Assembly: GCA_029564765.1 (NCBI GenBank)
Contig: JAKQPK010000023.1
Coordinates: 11,479 to 75,478, forward strand
DNA: 64,000 bases
Direction: 5' to 3'
Source of the DNA: Candidatus Omnitrophota bacterium
GTDB taxonomy: Bacteria > Omnitrophota > Gorgyraeia > Zapsychrales > Aceulaceae
Shown: positions 7,036 through 16,563 of the stretch, piece after piece
How positions within the stretch are numbered: position 1 is the first letter of the stretch
How the letters are laid out: every line of letters begins with the position of its first letter
Notes under the pieces: model-generated
The model's database searches: none
What the model was told of the DNA's origin: nothing
What the model saw: the letters and a program-made list of their open reading frames with translations, nothing else
Program-made: the position numbers and the translations under genes

Positions 7036-9228
7036 ATGTCCGATGTCCGCAAAACCTTACTGGAATACCAATTCCCCGAAAGCGTTATCGATGCCGTCAC
7101 TTCCAATGGCATAAAGAAATTCTATCCACCGCAGGCGCAAGCCATCAAGCACGGCGCCTTAGATGGCAAAAGCCTTCTTTTAGCAATTCCCACAGCTGCT
7201 GGAAAGACGTTTGTCGCTGAGCTATGCATGATCAAGTCCATCATCCAAAACGGCGGACGATGTCTTTATATTGCACCCTTAAAAGCTCTAGCGAGCGAGA
7301 AGTTTAACGATTTTCAGAAAAAATATGAGCCTTTAGGAATCCATGTCGGCATTGCAACAGGCGATCTGGATAGCCCCAGCAAAAGCTTGAATCGTTATCA
7401 AATATTGATCGCCACCGCCGAGAAAGTGGACGCGCTATTGCGTTCCCGCGCTAAATGGCTTATTGATAATCTTTCGGTTGTGGTCTTAGATGAAATTCAT
7501 TTCATCAACGATGAATCCCGCGGTCCAACGCTTGAAATTCTCACCGCGCGCATCAAACAGCTGAATCCTAACGTTCAGCTTCTTGCGCTGAGCGCTACGG
7601 TCAAGAACGCCAGCGAAATGGCGCAGTGGCTGAAGGCAGAATTCGTGGAAAGCACCTGGCGGCCCGTGCCGCTACGCGAAGGGGTTTATTTTAACGAAGA
7701 AATTGTTTTTGACGGGTTTGGCAGGAAGGCTATTCACGAAGACGAATTTCCAGATGACTTGACCAAACTGACGCTGGATACTTTGCGCGGCAAAGGACAA
7801 GTGTTGGTGTTTGTCAACAGCCGCCGCTCGGCGCAAGCCTCCGCGTTATTGCTTGCAAGCCCGGTGTCGGAGCTTCTCAAACCTAGCGAAAAAGAATTGC
7901 TCAAGGAGCTTTCACAACAAGTCGTCAAAGGAAGCGGTGAAGCGACAAAGATTTGCCGCAAGCTCTCTAATGTCTTAGAACACGGCGTTGCTTTTCACCA
8001 CGCGGGGCTTCGGCCAGAACAACGCAAGATCATTGAAGACGCGTTCCGTCAAAATTTGGTCCGTGTCATCTGCTCTACGCCAACGCTCGCGGCCGGAGTG
8101 AACCTCCCTGCCCAGCGCACTATCTTGCGCGACACCAAACGCTACGAATCAGGGCTTGGCGCCGCTTACATTCCGGTTTCCGAATACAAGCAATGTGCCG
8201 GACGTGCCGGACGGCCCGGCTACGATGATTTTGGTGAAGCGGTCATCATCGCGAAAACCTTTGCCGAGTCGCGGCTTCTCTTTGAACGCTACATTGAAGC
8301 CGCCCCTGAGCCTGTCATTTCTAAATTAGGAAGCGAATCGGCCTTGCGCATCCACATCTTGGCTTCTATTGCCGCCGGACACGTGCACGATATCAATGAG
8401 ATGTTTGAATTCATCTCGCATACATTTTTAGCCCACCAAAAACTCACGGGCAACTTGATCGAGCTTATCAGCAAGATCTTTGATTTCTTGGAAAAACACG
8501 GACTTATTGAAAAAAGCGGATTTCGGTATTTCGCAACAGCCTTTGGTCAATGTGTAAGCCGCCTGTACATTGACCCCATCACAGGCATTATGCTCCATCA
8601 AGGCCTCGCGAAAGCCCATCGGACCGGCGGATATTCGGCAACAGGATTATTACACCTTGTTGCCTGCTGCCCTGACGCGGAAAGGCTTGCGAGCATCACA
8701 AAATCTGACTATGAACAACTGGAAGGATTTATGTCTTCTTGTGGGGATGAATTTATCGTGACAGCGCAGGATTTTCCTGATCTGGAGGATTTCTTTTTTC
8801 AATTGCGTGTTCTAAAAACAACGCTTCTCTGGTCGCAATGGATCGATGAAACAAAAGAAGATGATCTCTGTGATCGTTTTAATGTCGGGCCAGGCGATAT
8901 TCACCGTCATGTAGAATCCGCGCAGTGGATCCTCTATGCAGCCTCCGTTATCGCTGAACTTTTTAAATTTAAACGCCTCACCTTCGCGACCGATGACCTC
9001 AAACGCCGCATCCAATACGGTATTCGCGAAGAACTCCTCGATCTTGTCCTCTTAAAAGGCGTAGGACGCATTCGCGCGCGCAATCTTTTCTCCAAAGGAT
9101 TTAAAAAGCTTTCTGATCTTCGCCTGGCACCCCTCGATGATATCGCCAGTGTCCCGCAGATCGGCAAGGCTCTTGCCAAGGATATCCTCAATCAAATTCA
9201 AAATTTCAAAGTCAAAAGTCAAAAATAA
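7036..9228 (+). CDS. Ski2/Hel308-family DEAD/DEAH-box DNA helicase
   Basis: 730 aa; Q-motif region (FYPPQAQAI), Walker A AIPTAAGKTFVAE, DEIH box (VVLDEIHFI), SAT, helicase C motifs (HHAGL, QCAGRAGRPG), and a C-terminal ratchet/HhH-like domain arrangement typical of Hel308. Confidence 0.8.
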   Translation: MSDVRKTLLEYQFPESVIDAVTSNGIKKFYPPQAQAIKHGALDGKSLLLAIPTAAGKTFVAELCMIKSIIQNGGRCLYIAPLKALASEKFNDFQKKYEPLGIHVGIATGDLDSPSKSLNRYQILIATAEKVDALLRSRAKWLIDNLSVVVLDEIHFINDESRGPTLEILTARIKQLNPNVQLLALSATVKNASEMAQWLKAEFVESTWRPVPLREGVYFNEEIVFDGFGRKAIHEDEFPDDLTKLTLDTLRGKGQVLVFVNSRRSAQASALLLASPVSELLKPSEKELLKELSQQVVKGSGEATKICRKLSNVLEHGVAFHHAGLRPEQRKIIEDAFRQNLVRVICSTPTLAAGVNLPAQRTILRDTKRYESGLGAAYIPVSEYKQCAGRAGRPGYDDFGEAVIIAKTFAESRLLFERYIEAAPEPVISKLGSESALRIHILASIAAGHVHDINEMFEFISHTFLAHQKLTGNLIELISKIFDFLEKHGLIEKSGFRYFATAFGQCVSRLYIDPITGIMLHQGLAKAHRTGGYSATGLLHLVACCPDAERLASITKSDYEQLEGFMSSCGDEFIVTAQDFPDLEDFFFQLRVLKTTLLWSQWIDETKEDDLCDRFNVGPGDIHRHVESAQWILYAASVIAELFKFKRLTFATDDLKRRIQYGIREELLDLVLLKGVGRIRARNLFSKGFKKLSDLRLAPLDDIASVPQIGKALAKDILNQIQNFKVKSQK

Positions 9229-9366
9229 AATCAAAAAGCAGATCAAGCTTTAAGATCCAAGATTCAAGAAAACAAAACGATCAAAATTGACTTCTTGCCA
9301 GTAAATTTATTATTTTTTTCCCGTCTTTTACCTTTTGAATTCTGACTTTTGAATCTTGACTTATTC

Positions 9367-10110
9367 TTATCGTTTGTGGTTAAGAAAGCGCGCGCTTTTC
9401 ATGTGCCGCTCAAGATGATAGACAAGAAAATTGTTGAGGATAAACTTGAGCTCTTTTTGGGTTAGAGCGGTAAGCCTAAGGCGTAGAATATTTTTCCATT
9501 CACCTTTTTCGATATGCACAAGCGACGCGATAGTCCCGCGTGAAACGTGTGTGGCGGCGTGATCATTACCATAACAGTTCTCACAAATAAGCCCGCCGAG
9601 CTTCATGCTAAAATGCATCTTCGGCGATATCTTAGCCTGGCAAACGACGCATGAATCCAAATACGGACGAAAACCCGACAACAACAAGATCTTGATCTGA
9701 AAGACATGCACAAGCTTGCTGACATCATCCGTATCCTCAAGGGTGTGAAGGTACCTTAACAGCAGATCATAGATCAGTTCGTTCTTTTCCTCCATTGGCA
9801 TAATGGAATCAACAAGCTCAAGGGCGTAGCTCGCCGCCAGAGTACGCTTGATGTCCTGACGGATCTTGAAAAAAAACGCCTTAAGATCGCACTGACCTAC
9901 CAAATGCAATTCCGCGTCACGGTGAAAATAATAGACGATATCATTAACGGAAAATTGATCGATGTTGCTACCGAATTTTTTGTGATCCTTGCGGATACCT
10001 TTAAGGACCCCCTTGATCTTGCCGTGATCACGGGTAAAGAAAGTCGCGATACGACTGGTTTCGCGAAAATCAAAACGTTTCAGGACGATACCTTCGGTTT
10101 TTAAGATCAT
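9367..10110 (-). CDS. recO: DNA repair protein RecO
   Basis: 247 aa; N-terminal OB-fold region (EGIVLKRFDFRETSRI) and a C-terminal Cys4 zinc motif (CVVC...CENC) typical of RecO. Last gene of the conserved phoH-pgpH-ybeY-recO block. Confidence 0.8.
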   Translation of the reverse strand: MILKTEGIVLKRFDFRETSRIATFFTRDHGKIKGVLKGIRKDHKKFGSNIDQFSVNDIVYYFHRDAELHLVGQCDLKAFFFKIRQDIKRTLAASYALELVDSIMPMEEKNELIYDLLLRYLHTLEDTDDVSKLVHVFQIKILLLSGFRPYLDSCVVCQAKISPKMHFSMKLGGLICENCYGNDHAATHVSRGTIASLVHIEKGEWKNILRLRLTALTQKELKFILNNFLVYHLERHMKSARFLNHKR

Positions 10111-10547
10111 TTCTTTTTTAGGCGGGCTAAAACGGCTTTTTCTTTGGCACGCATGCGCGTGATATCTTTGGCGCTATGGTCATCAAAACCCAACAGATGC
10201 AAGATGCCGTGAATGATATACAACAAAAGCTCATCAGAAACGGTCGTCTTGAAAACCTTCGATTGGCGCTTAGCGGTGTCCGCCGAGACGACCACCTCGC
10301 CATACAGACCATGGGCGCGCCCGATACAGCTTGAGGCCAAATTAAACGCGAGGACATCTGTTGCGTAATCGTGCTTTAAATATTTTTGGTTCAAAGATTT
10401 AATATGAGAGTCGCTGACGATCGCGATAGAAAGGTCCGCGGCGGCAATGCCTTCATGAGAAAGGAACTTCTTAACCTTGGCTGCTATCAGGTGAGGGCGT
10501 AAGGGAATTCGCGTCTGGAGGTTTCGAACGTCGATTTGCGTTTTCAT
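10107..10547 (-). CDS. ybeY: rRNA maturation endoribonuclease YbeY
   Basis: 146 aa; conserved H..HG.LHL.G.DH zinc-binding motif (HGILHLLGFDDH). Confidence 0.85.
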   Translation of the reverse strand: MKTQIDVRNLQTRIPLRPHLIAAKVKKFLSHEGIAAADLSIAIVSDSHIKSLNQKYLKHDYATDVLAFNLASSCIGRAHGLYGEVVVSADTAKRQSKVFKTTVSDELLLYIIHGILHLLGFDDHSAKDITRMRAKEKAVLARLKKK

Positions 10548-11937
10548 TCTTTCTCTCAGGATATTTAACGCGCGTATGATACATCGCGCTTAGAACGCGT
10601 GTGAACGTCATGCCGATCACTTCCAGGTCCTTAAGCGTCAAACTGCATTCATCCAGCTGACCGTCAATAAATTTATTGTTGATGATCTTACGTACGGTTT
10701 CATCGATACGCGGAGGGGTCGGCTCTTCCAGCGCACGACAAGCGCCTTCTACAGAATCCGCCAGCATCATAATGGCGGTTTCGCGGGTCTGAGGCTTTGG
10801 CCCTGGATAACGGAAAGTCTGCTCGTCGATCGCCTCCCCTTCCCGAGCTTCAGAGATCGCCTTTTGATAGAAATAATGCATCAAACTTTTTCCATGATGC
10901 TGCTGGACAAAATCAATGATCGCCGGATGAAAGTGATATTTTTTCGCGACCTCAACACCATTGATGACATGATTAAAAATGACCAGGCGGCTCATCGTTG
11001 GCTCAAGGTTATCATGTTTGCTGGACTCAAAGATCTGGTTCTCGACAAAATATTCCGGCTTGTCGATCTTGCCGATGTCATGGTAATACGAACCAACCCG
11101 GCACAAAAGAGCGTTGGCACCAACGGCGTTGGCAGCGATCTCAGCCAGATTGCCAACCAACAAGCTATGATGATATGTCCCAGGGGCCTCTAGGATCATC
11201 CGCTTCAATAAAGGATGGTTCAAGTCTGACAACTCCAAAAGGCTAAAATTCGTTATAACACCGAACAGATATTCAAAGACCTTCAGTGTGGCGATCACGA
11301 TCATAGCCGAGACCAGGCCGTTGATGAACAGCGGCCGAAAATAATCCAAAAGAAAATGACGGCTGAAGATGAAATCTGGGAAGGGATTCAAGAGCGTGAC
11401 ACAGAGGACCTGAAAAATACTGATAAAGAATCCCGCGTTGATCAGCTCGCTGCGCGTACGCGCGTTGCGAACCCTCAAAGCGCCAACGACGCTCGCGATA
11501 AAATAGATCACAGCGATATCGAGGCGATTGCCGGCGACCAACCCGGTCAGAATGCTAGCGGCAAAGGACATCAACAGCGCCAAGTAAAGATCATTATAAA
11601 GGATAATGACCAGAAGCCCAACCGCGGAAACCGGGATCAACAGATTGGAATAAAACGCGTACCGATTGGATGTGTACGCTAAGAAAAGAAGGATCGCGAG
11701 CAAAAATCCAAGGTTGAGAAAAAGGCGGTAATCGGACTTGCGCGCAAGAACACAATAGACACCTAAGACCAGCAAGAATAGCGGGATCGCCAAGGAGAGC
11801 TTGGCGATATAGCAAAACACGGTCAACGCCACGAATAAAACACTTAGAATGATGGCGTTAGCTATGCGTAAATTATTTAGAATTCGATTTTTCATACGCC
11901 TCAATAATGCGCTGAACAAGCTCATGGCGGACAACAT
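10471..11937 (-). CDS. 7TM-HD membrane phosphohydrolase (PgpH/YqfF-like HDIG protein)
   Basis: 488 aa; multiple N-terminal TM helices, then an HD domain (HHSLLVGNLAE...YYHDIGK). Conserved position between phoH and ybeY. 3' end overlaps ybeY by 77 nt and 5' end overlaps phoH, so exact ends are uncertain. Confidence 0.7.
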   Translation of the reverse strand: MLSAMSLFSALLRRMKNRILNNLRIANAIILSVLFVALTVFCYIAKLSLAIPLFLLVLGVYCVLARKSDYRLFLNLGFLLAILLFLAYTSNRYAFYSNLLIPVSAVGLLVIILYNDLYLALLMSFAASILTGLVAGNRLDIAVIYFIASVVGALRVRNARTRSELINAGFFISIFQVLCVTLLNPFPDFIFSRHFLLDYFRPLFINGLVSAMIVIATLKVFEYLFGVITNFSLLELSDLNHPLLKRMILEAPGTYHHSLLVGNLAEIAANAVGANALLCRVGSYYHDIGKIDKPEYFVENQIFESSKHDNLEPTMSRLVIFNHVINGVEVAKKYHFHPAIIDFVQQHHGKSLMHYFYQKAISEAREGEAIDEQTFRYPGPKPQTRETAIMMLADSVEGACRALEEPTPPRIDETVRKIINNKFIDGQLDECSLTLKDLEVIGMTFTRVLSAMYHTRVKYPERKNENANRRSKPPDANSLTPSPDSSQG

Positions 11938-12826
11938 CTTCGCCGGTCAAATAGACGAACTTTATCCCATCGACATCCTTCAGGATCTTCTCCGCGGAAA
12001 CAAGCCCAGGAAGCTCGCCCGCCGGTAAGTCGCTCTGCGTGATGTCGCCAGTAATAACAGCTTTGGAATCAAAGCCGAGACGGGTCAAGAACATCTTCAT
12101 TTGGTCCTTCGTGCAATTTTGCGCCTCATCCAGGATAACGAACGCGTCATTTAAGGTGCGTCCGCGCATGTAAGCCAGCGGAGCGACCTCGATGATGCCT
12201 TTTTCGGCATACTGATCGACCCTTTCGGCCTCGATCATGTCATAAAGCGCGTCATATAATGGACGCAAATATGGTGAAACTTTTTCCACCATATCGCCCG
12301 GCAAGAACCCTAAACTTTCTCCCGCCTCAATGGCAGGACGGGTCAAGATGATACGACGAACCAACCCTTTCTGAAGGGCGTTGACGGCCATCGCCATGGC
12401 CAAATATGTTTTTCCTGTGCCGGCAGGCCCAATACCAAAAACAATATCGCTCTTCTTGATGGTCTCAACGTATTCGACCTGGCCTTTGGTCTTAGGTGTA
12501 ACGACCGAACCTTTTTTGGCCGCGACAGGGATCTTGCGCTTTGAAAGGGTTTTAAAATCAAAGCCTTGACCTGGATCAGCCAAGCGTAAAGCATAGATAA
12601 TATCATAGCGCTTGACATCTTGGCCTTTCTGGACGAAATCCATCAAGTAGTCCATCAAGCCGGAAACGCGATCGATCTTCTCTTCACTGCCAACGACCCG
12701 AAGGCCTTCTTGGATACGAAAGATCTGGATCCCCAACTCATTCTCGATCAGCTTGAGGTTCTGATCGTATTTTCCGAAAATAAGCTGAAGGTCCTGATTA
12801 CTTGTCAGTTTAAGGATGCGCTCCAT
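11873..12826 (-). CDS. phoH: PhoH family ATPase
   Basis: 317 aa; Walker A GPAGTGKTYLAMAMAV and an N-terminal KH-like region; PhoH-like. Confidence 0.85.
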   Translation of the reverse strand: MERILKLTSNQDLQLIFGKYDQNLKLIENELGIQIFRIQEGLRVVGSEEKIDRVSGLMDYLMDFVQKGQDVKRYDIIYALRLADPGQGFDFKTLSKRKIPVAAKKGSVVTPKTKGQVEYVETIKKSDIVFGIGPAGTGKTYLAMAMAVNALQKGLVRRIILTRPAIEAGESLGFLPGDMVEKVSPYLRPLYDALYDMIEAERVDQYAEKGIIEVAPLAYMRGRTLNDAFVILDEAQNCTKDQMKMFLTRLGFDSKAVITGDITQSDLPAGELPGLVSAEKILKDVDGIKFVYLTGEDVVRHELVQRIIEAYEKSNSK

Positions 12827-12832
12827 ACGGCA

Positions 12833-13363
12833 TTAATTCTGCGGAACGCGAATGACTTTTCCTGGCTTGATACGATCAGGGTTCGTCAGAACGTCCTTGT
12901 TAACTTGGTAAATATCATTCCAGCGGCCATAGGTGCCGTAGAATTCTTTGGAGATCTTCTGCAGTGTATCCCCTTCTTTGATCTTATAATCGACAAAGGT
13001 CGCTTTTTTCTCAACGACAACAGGCTCTGGGGCATCCGGCAAAACGATCGCTCTTGGCTTGACCGTGCTGCGGGTTGTAAAATTTTGCTCCGTGTAGACC
13101 TCCGAAGAGACACTGCTTGTGTCCGTCTTGGTGGCGGTGTCGATCTTTTTAGGATTGGTCACGACTTCCAAAACATATGTTCGACGGGTTTGCTTGACAT
13201 CCCCACGGTCTGCTTGCGGGCATGCGCCTTGGATACATCCCGCATTGCCGGTCATCTCCTGATCAACGCGTCCACGATCCTGAACATAGGTCCTCATTGT
13301 GCAACTGGCCAAAAAACATGCCACGACAACGATCGCGATCCTTGCGAAAAGACGATTTAACAT
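12833..13363 (-). CDS. LysM domain lipoprotein
   Basis: 176 aa; signal peptide with lipobox (LASC) and a C-terminal LysM motif (DYKIKEGDTLQKISKEFYG...W..I...N). Confidence 0.6.
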   Translation of the reverse strand: MLNRLFARIAIVVVACFLASCTMRTYVQDRGRVDQEMTGNAGCIQGACPQADRGDVKQTRRTYVLEVVTNPKKIDTATKTDTSSVSSEVYTEQNFTTRSTVKPRAIVLPDAPEPVVVEKKATFVDYKIKEGDTLQKISKEFYGTYGRWNDIYQVNKDVLTNPDRIKPGKVIRVPQN

Positions 13364-14763
13364 TACTCTCCTCCTTTTTTATTAATAGAGATAATTCCCA
13401 ATTCTTTCAATTGCTTACTATCAACTTCCGCCGGGGCTTCTGTCAACAGACAACTTCCTTTTTGTGTCTTAGGAAAAGCGATCACATCACGGATCGAATC
13501 AAGGCCCAAAAGGATCGCGACTAATCGATCAATACCATACGCCACGCCGGCATGCGGTGGAGCCCCATAGCGAAAGGCCTTGAGCAAGAAACCAAAACGC
13601 TTCTCCGCCTCCGCTTCATCAAAACCTATTATATCAAATATTTTCTTCTGTACATCTTGTTTGTGAATACGTATCGATCCGCTACCGATCTCGCTGCCGT
13701 TTAAAACCAGATCATAAGACCTGGAACGGATCTTATCGAACTGTCCGCTTTCCAACAACGGTATATCCTCCTGACAAAATGACGTAAAAGGATGATGCTC
13801 GCTTTCCCAGCGCTTTTCTTCTTCATTATATTTAAAGAGCGGGAAATCCACAACCCAAAGAAAAGAAAATTCCTCGCCTTGCTTGCGGGTGTCAGGTTTG
13901 TCGCTTTTGTATTGGGCCATGGCTTGCGCGTGCGTCATGCGCGGGAACGGGATCGCGATATCAACGCCCTTCACCTCTTTCATGATCTTTTGAAAAAGCC
14001 GTTCGGTCAAGCTAAACACATCTTCCTCTGTCACGAACGACATCTCCATATCCAGTTGCGTAAATTCTGGCTGACGGTCCGCGCGCAGATCCTCGTCGCG
14101 AAAACATTTCACGATCTGGTAATATCGATCAAGGCCGGAAACCATCAAGATCTGCTTGAACAATTGCGGTGATTGCGGAAGCGCGAAGAAAGTTCCTGGA
14201 TTAAGCCGCGAAGGCACTAAAAAATCCCGCGCGCCTTCCGGTGTGGACTTGGTCAGGACAGGCGTTTCAACTTCTGTGAACTGCTCGGCGTTCAGAAATT
14301 GACGAATGCACGAACAGATCTGATGGCGAACTCGTAAGGCCTGCATGACCTTTTGCTTGCGCAGGTCCAGATAGCGGTACGCCAGGCGAAGTTCTTCCGA
14401 CGGCTCAGCGGCATTATCATCGATCTCGAACACAGGCACTTCTGAAACGTTCAATATCTCAAGCGCGGTCGCGCACAACTCAATGTCGCCTGTTGCGACA
14501 TCCGGATTGACGTTCTTATCAGGGCGCACATTTACCTTACCGGTAATACGGACAACGAATTCCGGGCCGAGTTTTTGCGCTTCATCATGCGCTTGTTTAC
14601 TTACCGACGGAACAAAAACGACCTGCGTGATGCCATAGCGATCTCGAATATCAATGAAGATCAATTTTCCATGATCCCGGCGCTTGTGCACCCAACCGCA
14701 CAGCGTGACCTCTTGATCCTTAAATGTTTTGTTTAATTCCCCGCAGGTGTGTGTTCTTAGCAT
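13363..14763 (-). CDS. aspS: aspartate--tRNA ligase, bacterial-type class II motifs but lacking the GAD insertion domain
   Basis: Start taken at MLRTHTCGEL (14763), the canonical AspRS start. Motif 2 is FRDEDLRADRQPEFTQLD and motif 3 is GAPPHAGVAYGIDRL. The sequence goes from SDKPD almost directly to WVVDFPLF, so the ~130-aa GAD insertion of E. coli-type AspRS is absent. Confidence 0.85.
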   Translation of the reverse strand: MLRTHTCGELNKTFKDQEVTLCGWVHKRRDHGKLIFIDIRDRYGITQVVFVPSVSKQAHDEAQKLGPEFVVRITGKVNVRPDKNVNPDVATGDIELCATALEILNVSEVPVFEIDDNAAEPSEELRLAYRYLDLRKQKVMQALRVRHQICSCIRQFLNAEQFTEVETPVLTKSTPEGARDFLVPSRLNPGTFFALPQSPQLFKQILMVSGLDRYYQIVKCFRDEDLRADRQPEFTQLDMEMSFVTEEDVFSLTERLFQKIMKEVKGVDIAIPFPRMTHAQAMAQYKSDKPDTRKQGEEFSFLWVVDFPLFKYNEEEKRWESEHHPFTSFCQEDIPLLESGQFDKIRSRSYDLVLNGSEIGSGSIRIHKQDVQKKIFDIIGFDEAEAEKRFGFLLKAFRYGAPPHAGVAYGIDRLVAILLGLDSIRDVIAFPKTQKGSCLLTEAPAEVDSKQLKELGIISINKKGGE

Positions 14764-14850
14764 AAATGAGCACCTTATCTTATAAAGCACAACGAACATC
14801 ACGTTTGCTGTGCGAATCTATTCCAACGCCTTAGGACATCGGAATAAATA

Positions 14851-16176
14851 TCATGTTAATACTAATTTCTTTATTTTCTCGACTATTTCTTCGCGTGAGA
14901 TCTTCTCTTGGCTGCCGGTCGTCATATCTTTGAGCGTGACGGCATTTTGATTCATTTCATCCTCACCCAGGATACAGACATAGCGCGCTGATAATTTATC
15001 CGCAAGGCGCATCTGACTTTTAAGGGATGCGGTCTTGTAGCTCATATCGCTTGCCAACCCTTGCTGCCTTAGCGTGTTCATGATCTGAAATGCACTCTCG
15101 AACGCTTTATCGTCGATAGGCGCAACAAAAACATCAACACCTCTAGCTTGAGGCTCTGGCACCGCTTGCCGTGCCAAGATAATACGTTCCATCCCCAATG
15201 AAAATCCTACCGCGTCAACACCTTCTGAGCCTCCAAGTTCTTGAACGAGCCCGTTATAGCGACCCCCAGCGCCTAAAGCATCCTGGCTTCCAAGGCTTGG
15301 GCTTGTGATCTCAAAAACAACCTGCGTATAATAATCCAAACCCCGCACCAAGGTCGGCACTTCCTGAAAAGAAACGCCCAAAAGACCCAAGGCCTTTTTG
15401 ACTTGCGCGTAATATTCCTGGGACTGCTGAGAAAGAAGCGAAACGCCAAGCTTCAAGCCTGCAACGATCTTTTGGCATTCCTGATTTTTACAATCGAGGA
15501 CGCGAAAAACATTGCGATCCAGCCTTTGCTGACATGTCGGACATAGTGACGCTTTTTGATCACCGATCATTTCACGCAAGACAGTGGACACGTTCTGTTT
15601 GTCCTCAAGAGAGCCAAGTGTGTTGATCTTTAAGACATGATCCTTAACGCCGAACGCTTTTAAAAGCGCGACGCTCAACCCCATGATCTCCGCGTCTAGA
15701 TAAGGCGACGCGCTATTAGGGCCTATAGCCTCAACACCGATCTGATAGAACTGACGTAATCTTCCCTTTTGCGGACGCTCGCCGCGGAACATCGGCCCTA
15801 TATAAAAAAGCTTTGTCAGGGCTTCTTTGCGATCAAGGCTATTCTCGATATAGGAGCGAACGACTGAAGCTGTTCCTTCTGGTCTTAATGAAAAGATCTT
15901 TGAGGATTGTCCGCTTTCCCCTTCACGCTGATTAGGCTGCAGGGTAAGCATTTGCTTTTGCACCACATCACTTGTTGCCCCCATGGAGCGAGCAAAAAGT
16001 TCTGTTTCTTCAAAAACGGGCGTACGGATCTCTTGATAATGATAAAGATCAAAAAGGGAGCGCGCCTTGGCCTCAATATCCTGCCATAAACGCACCTCTT
16101 GAGGCAGTATATCGGCGGTACCGCGCGGTAAAGAAAATTTATTCTGGTTGGCCATAAATAACTTTTGTATAGGCAC
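14851..16176 (-). CDS. hisS: histidine--tRNA ligase
   Basis: 441 aa; HisRS motifs (RGTADILP, FRGERPQKGRLRQFYQ, GGGRYDGLV-like GGRYNGLV). The start may be the GTG at 16176 or the ATG at 16155. Confidence 0.85.
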   Translation of the reverse strand: MPIQKLFMANQNKFSLPRGTADILPQEVRLWQDIEAKARSLFDLYHYQEIRTPVFEETELFARSMGATSDVVQKQMLTLQPNQREGESGQSSKIFSLRPEGTASVVRSYIENSLDRKEALTKLFYIGPMFRGERPQKGRLRQFYQIGVEAIGPNSASPYLDAEIMGLSVALLKAFGVKDHVLKINTLGSLEDKQNVSTVLREMIGDQKASLCPTCQQRLDRNVFRVLDCKNQECQKIVAGLKLGVSLLSQQSQEYYAQVKKALGLLGVSFQEVPTLVRGLDYYTQVVFEITSPSLGSQDALGAGGRYNGLVQELGGSEGVDAVGFSLGMERIILARQAVPEPQARGVDVFVAPIDDKAFESAFQIMNTLRQQGLASDMSYKTASLKSQMRLADKLSARYVCILGEDEMNQNAVTLKDMTTGSQEKISREEIVEKIKKLVLT

Positions 16177-16185
16177 AAGGGCGGA

Positions 16186-16212
16186 GTTCTCTCCGCCCTT
16201 GTGATCATGTTC
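16186..16212 (-). terminator. stable hairpin between HU gene and hisS (terminator/attenuator-like, no clear U-tract)
   Basis: CAAGGGCGGAG-ttctc-TCCGCCCTTG perfect 11-bp stem immediately downstream of the HU stop and abutting the hisS start. Confidence 0.4.
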
Positions 16213-16230
16213 AATTGTAATAAATCAAAG

Positions 16231-16503
16231 CTATTTAATTCTCATTTTCATTTCCAAGCCAGGCTTGAAAACGACGACTTTTCTCGGCGGGACAGGAACT
16301 CCTTCTCCGGTACGAGGGTTGCGTCCAAAACGGGCCTTGCGTTCTTTGATCTTGAACACGCCAAAATTACGCAACTCAACCTTCTCAGAGCGGATGAGGC
16401 TATCAATAATGGCGTCAAAGGTCTTTTGAACGACTTTCTTGACATCCACCTGCTTGATGCCGGTCATATCCGTGATCTTAAGGACAATGTCTTTTTTTGT
16501 CAT
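16231..16503 (-). CDS. HU/IHF family DNA-binding protein
   Basis: About 90 aa from MTKKDIV; RNPRTGE...PPRKVVVFKPG arm motif of HU/IHF. Confidence 0.8.
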   Translation of the reverse strand: MTKKDIVLKITDMTGIKQVDVKKVVQKTFDAIIDSLIRSEKVELRNFGVFKIKERKARFGRNPRTGEGVPVPPRKVVVFKPGLEMKMRIK

Positions 16504-16563
16504 TAATGTTACCTCCAAGTCCTAAGTATAGTATCAACAAGAGGTTATAGTGTCAAGGCAAAA

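Noticed and set aside
9229-9366. Repeated tcaaaagtcaaaa / ttttgacttttga and caagattcaa / ttgaatcttg inverted sequences between hel308 and recO as a possible mobile-element terminus
   Set aside because: The two genes are convergent. The imperfect AT-rich inverted repeats are best explained as a bidirectional terminator region. No associated ORF or target-site duplication.
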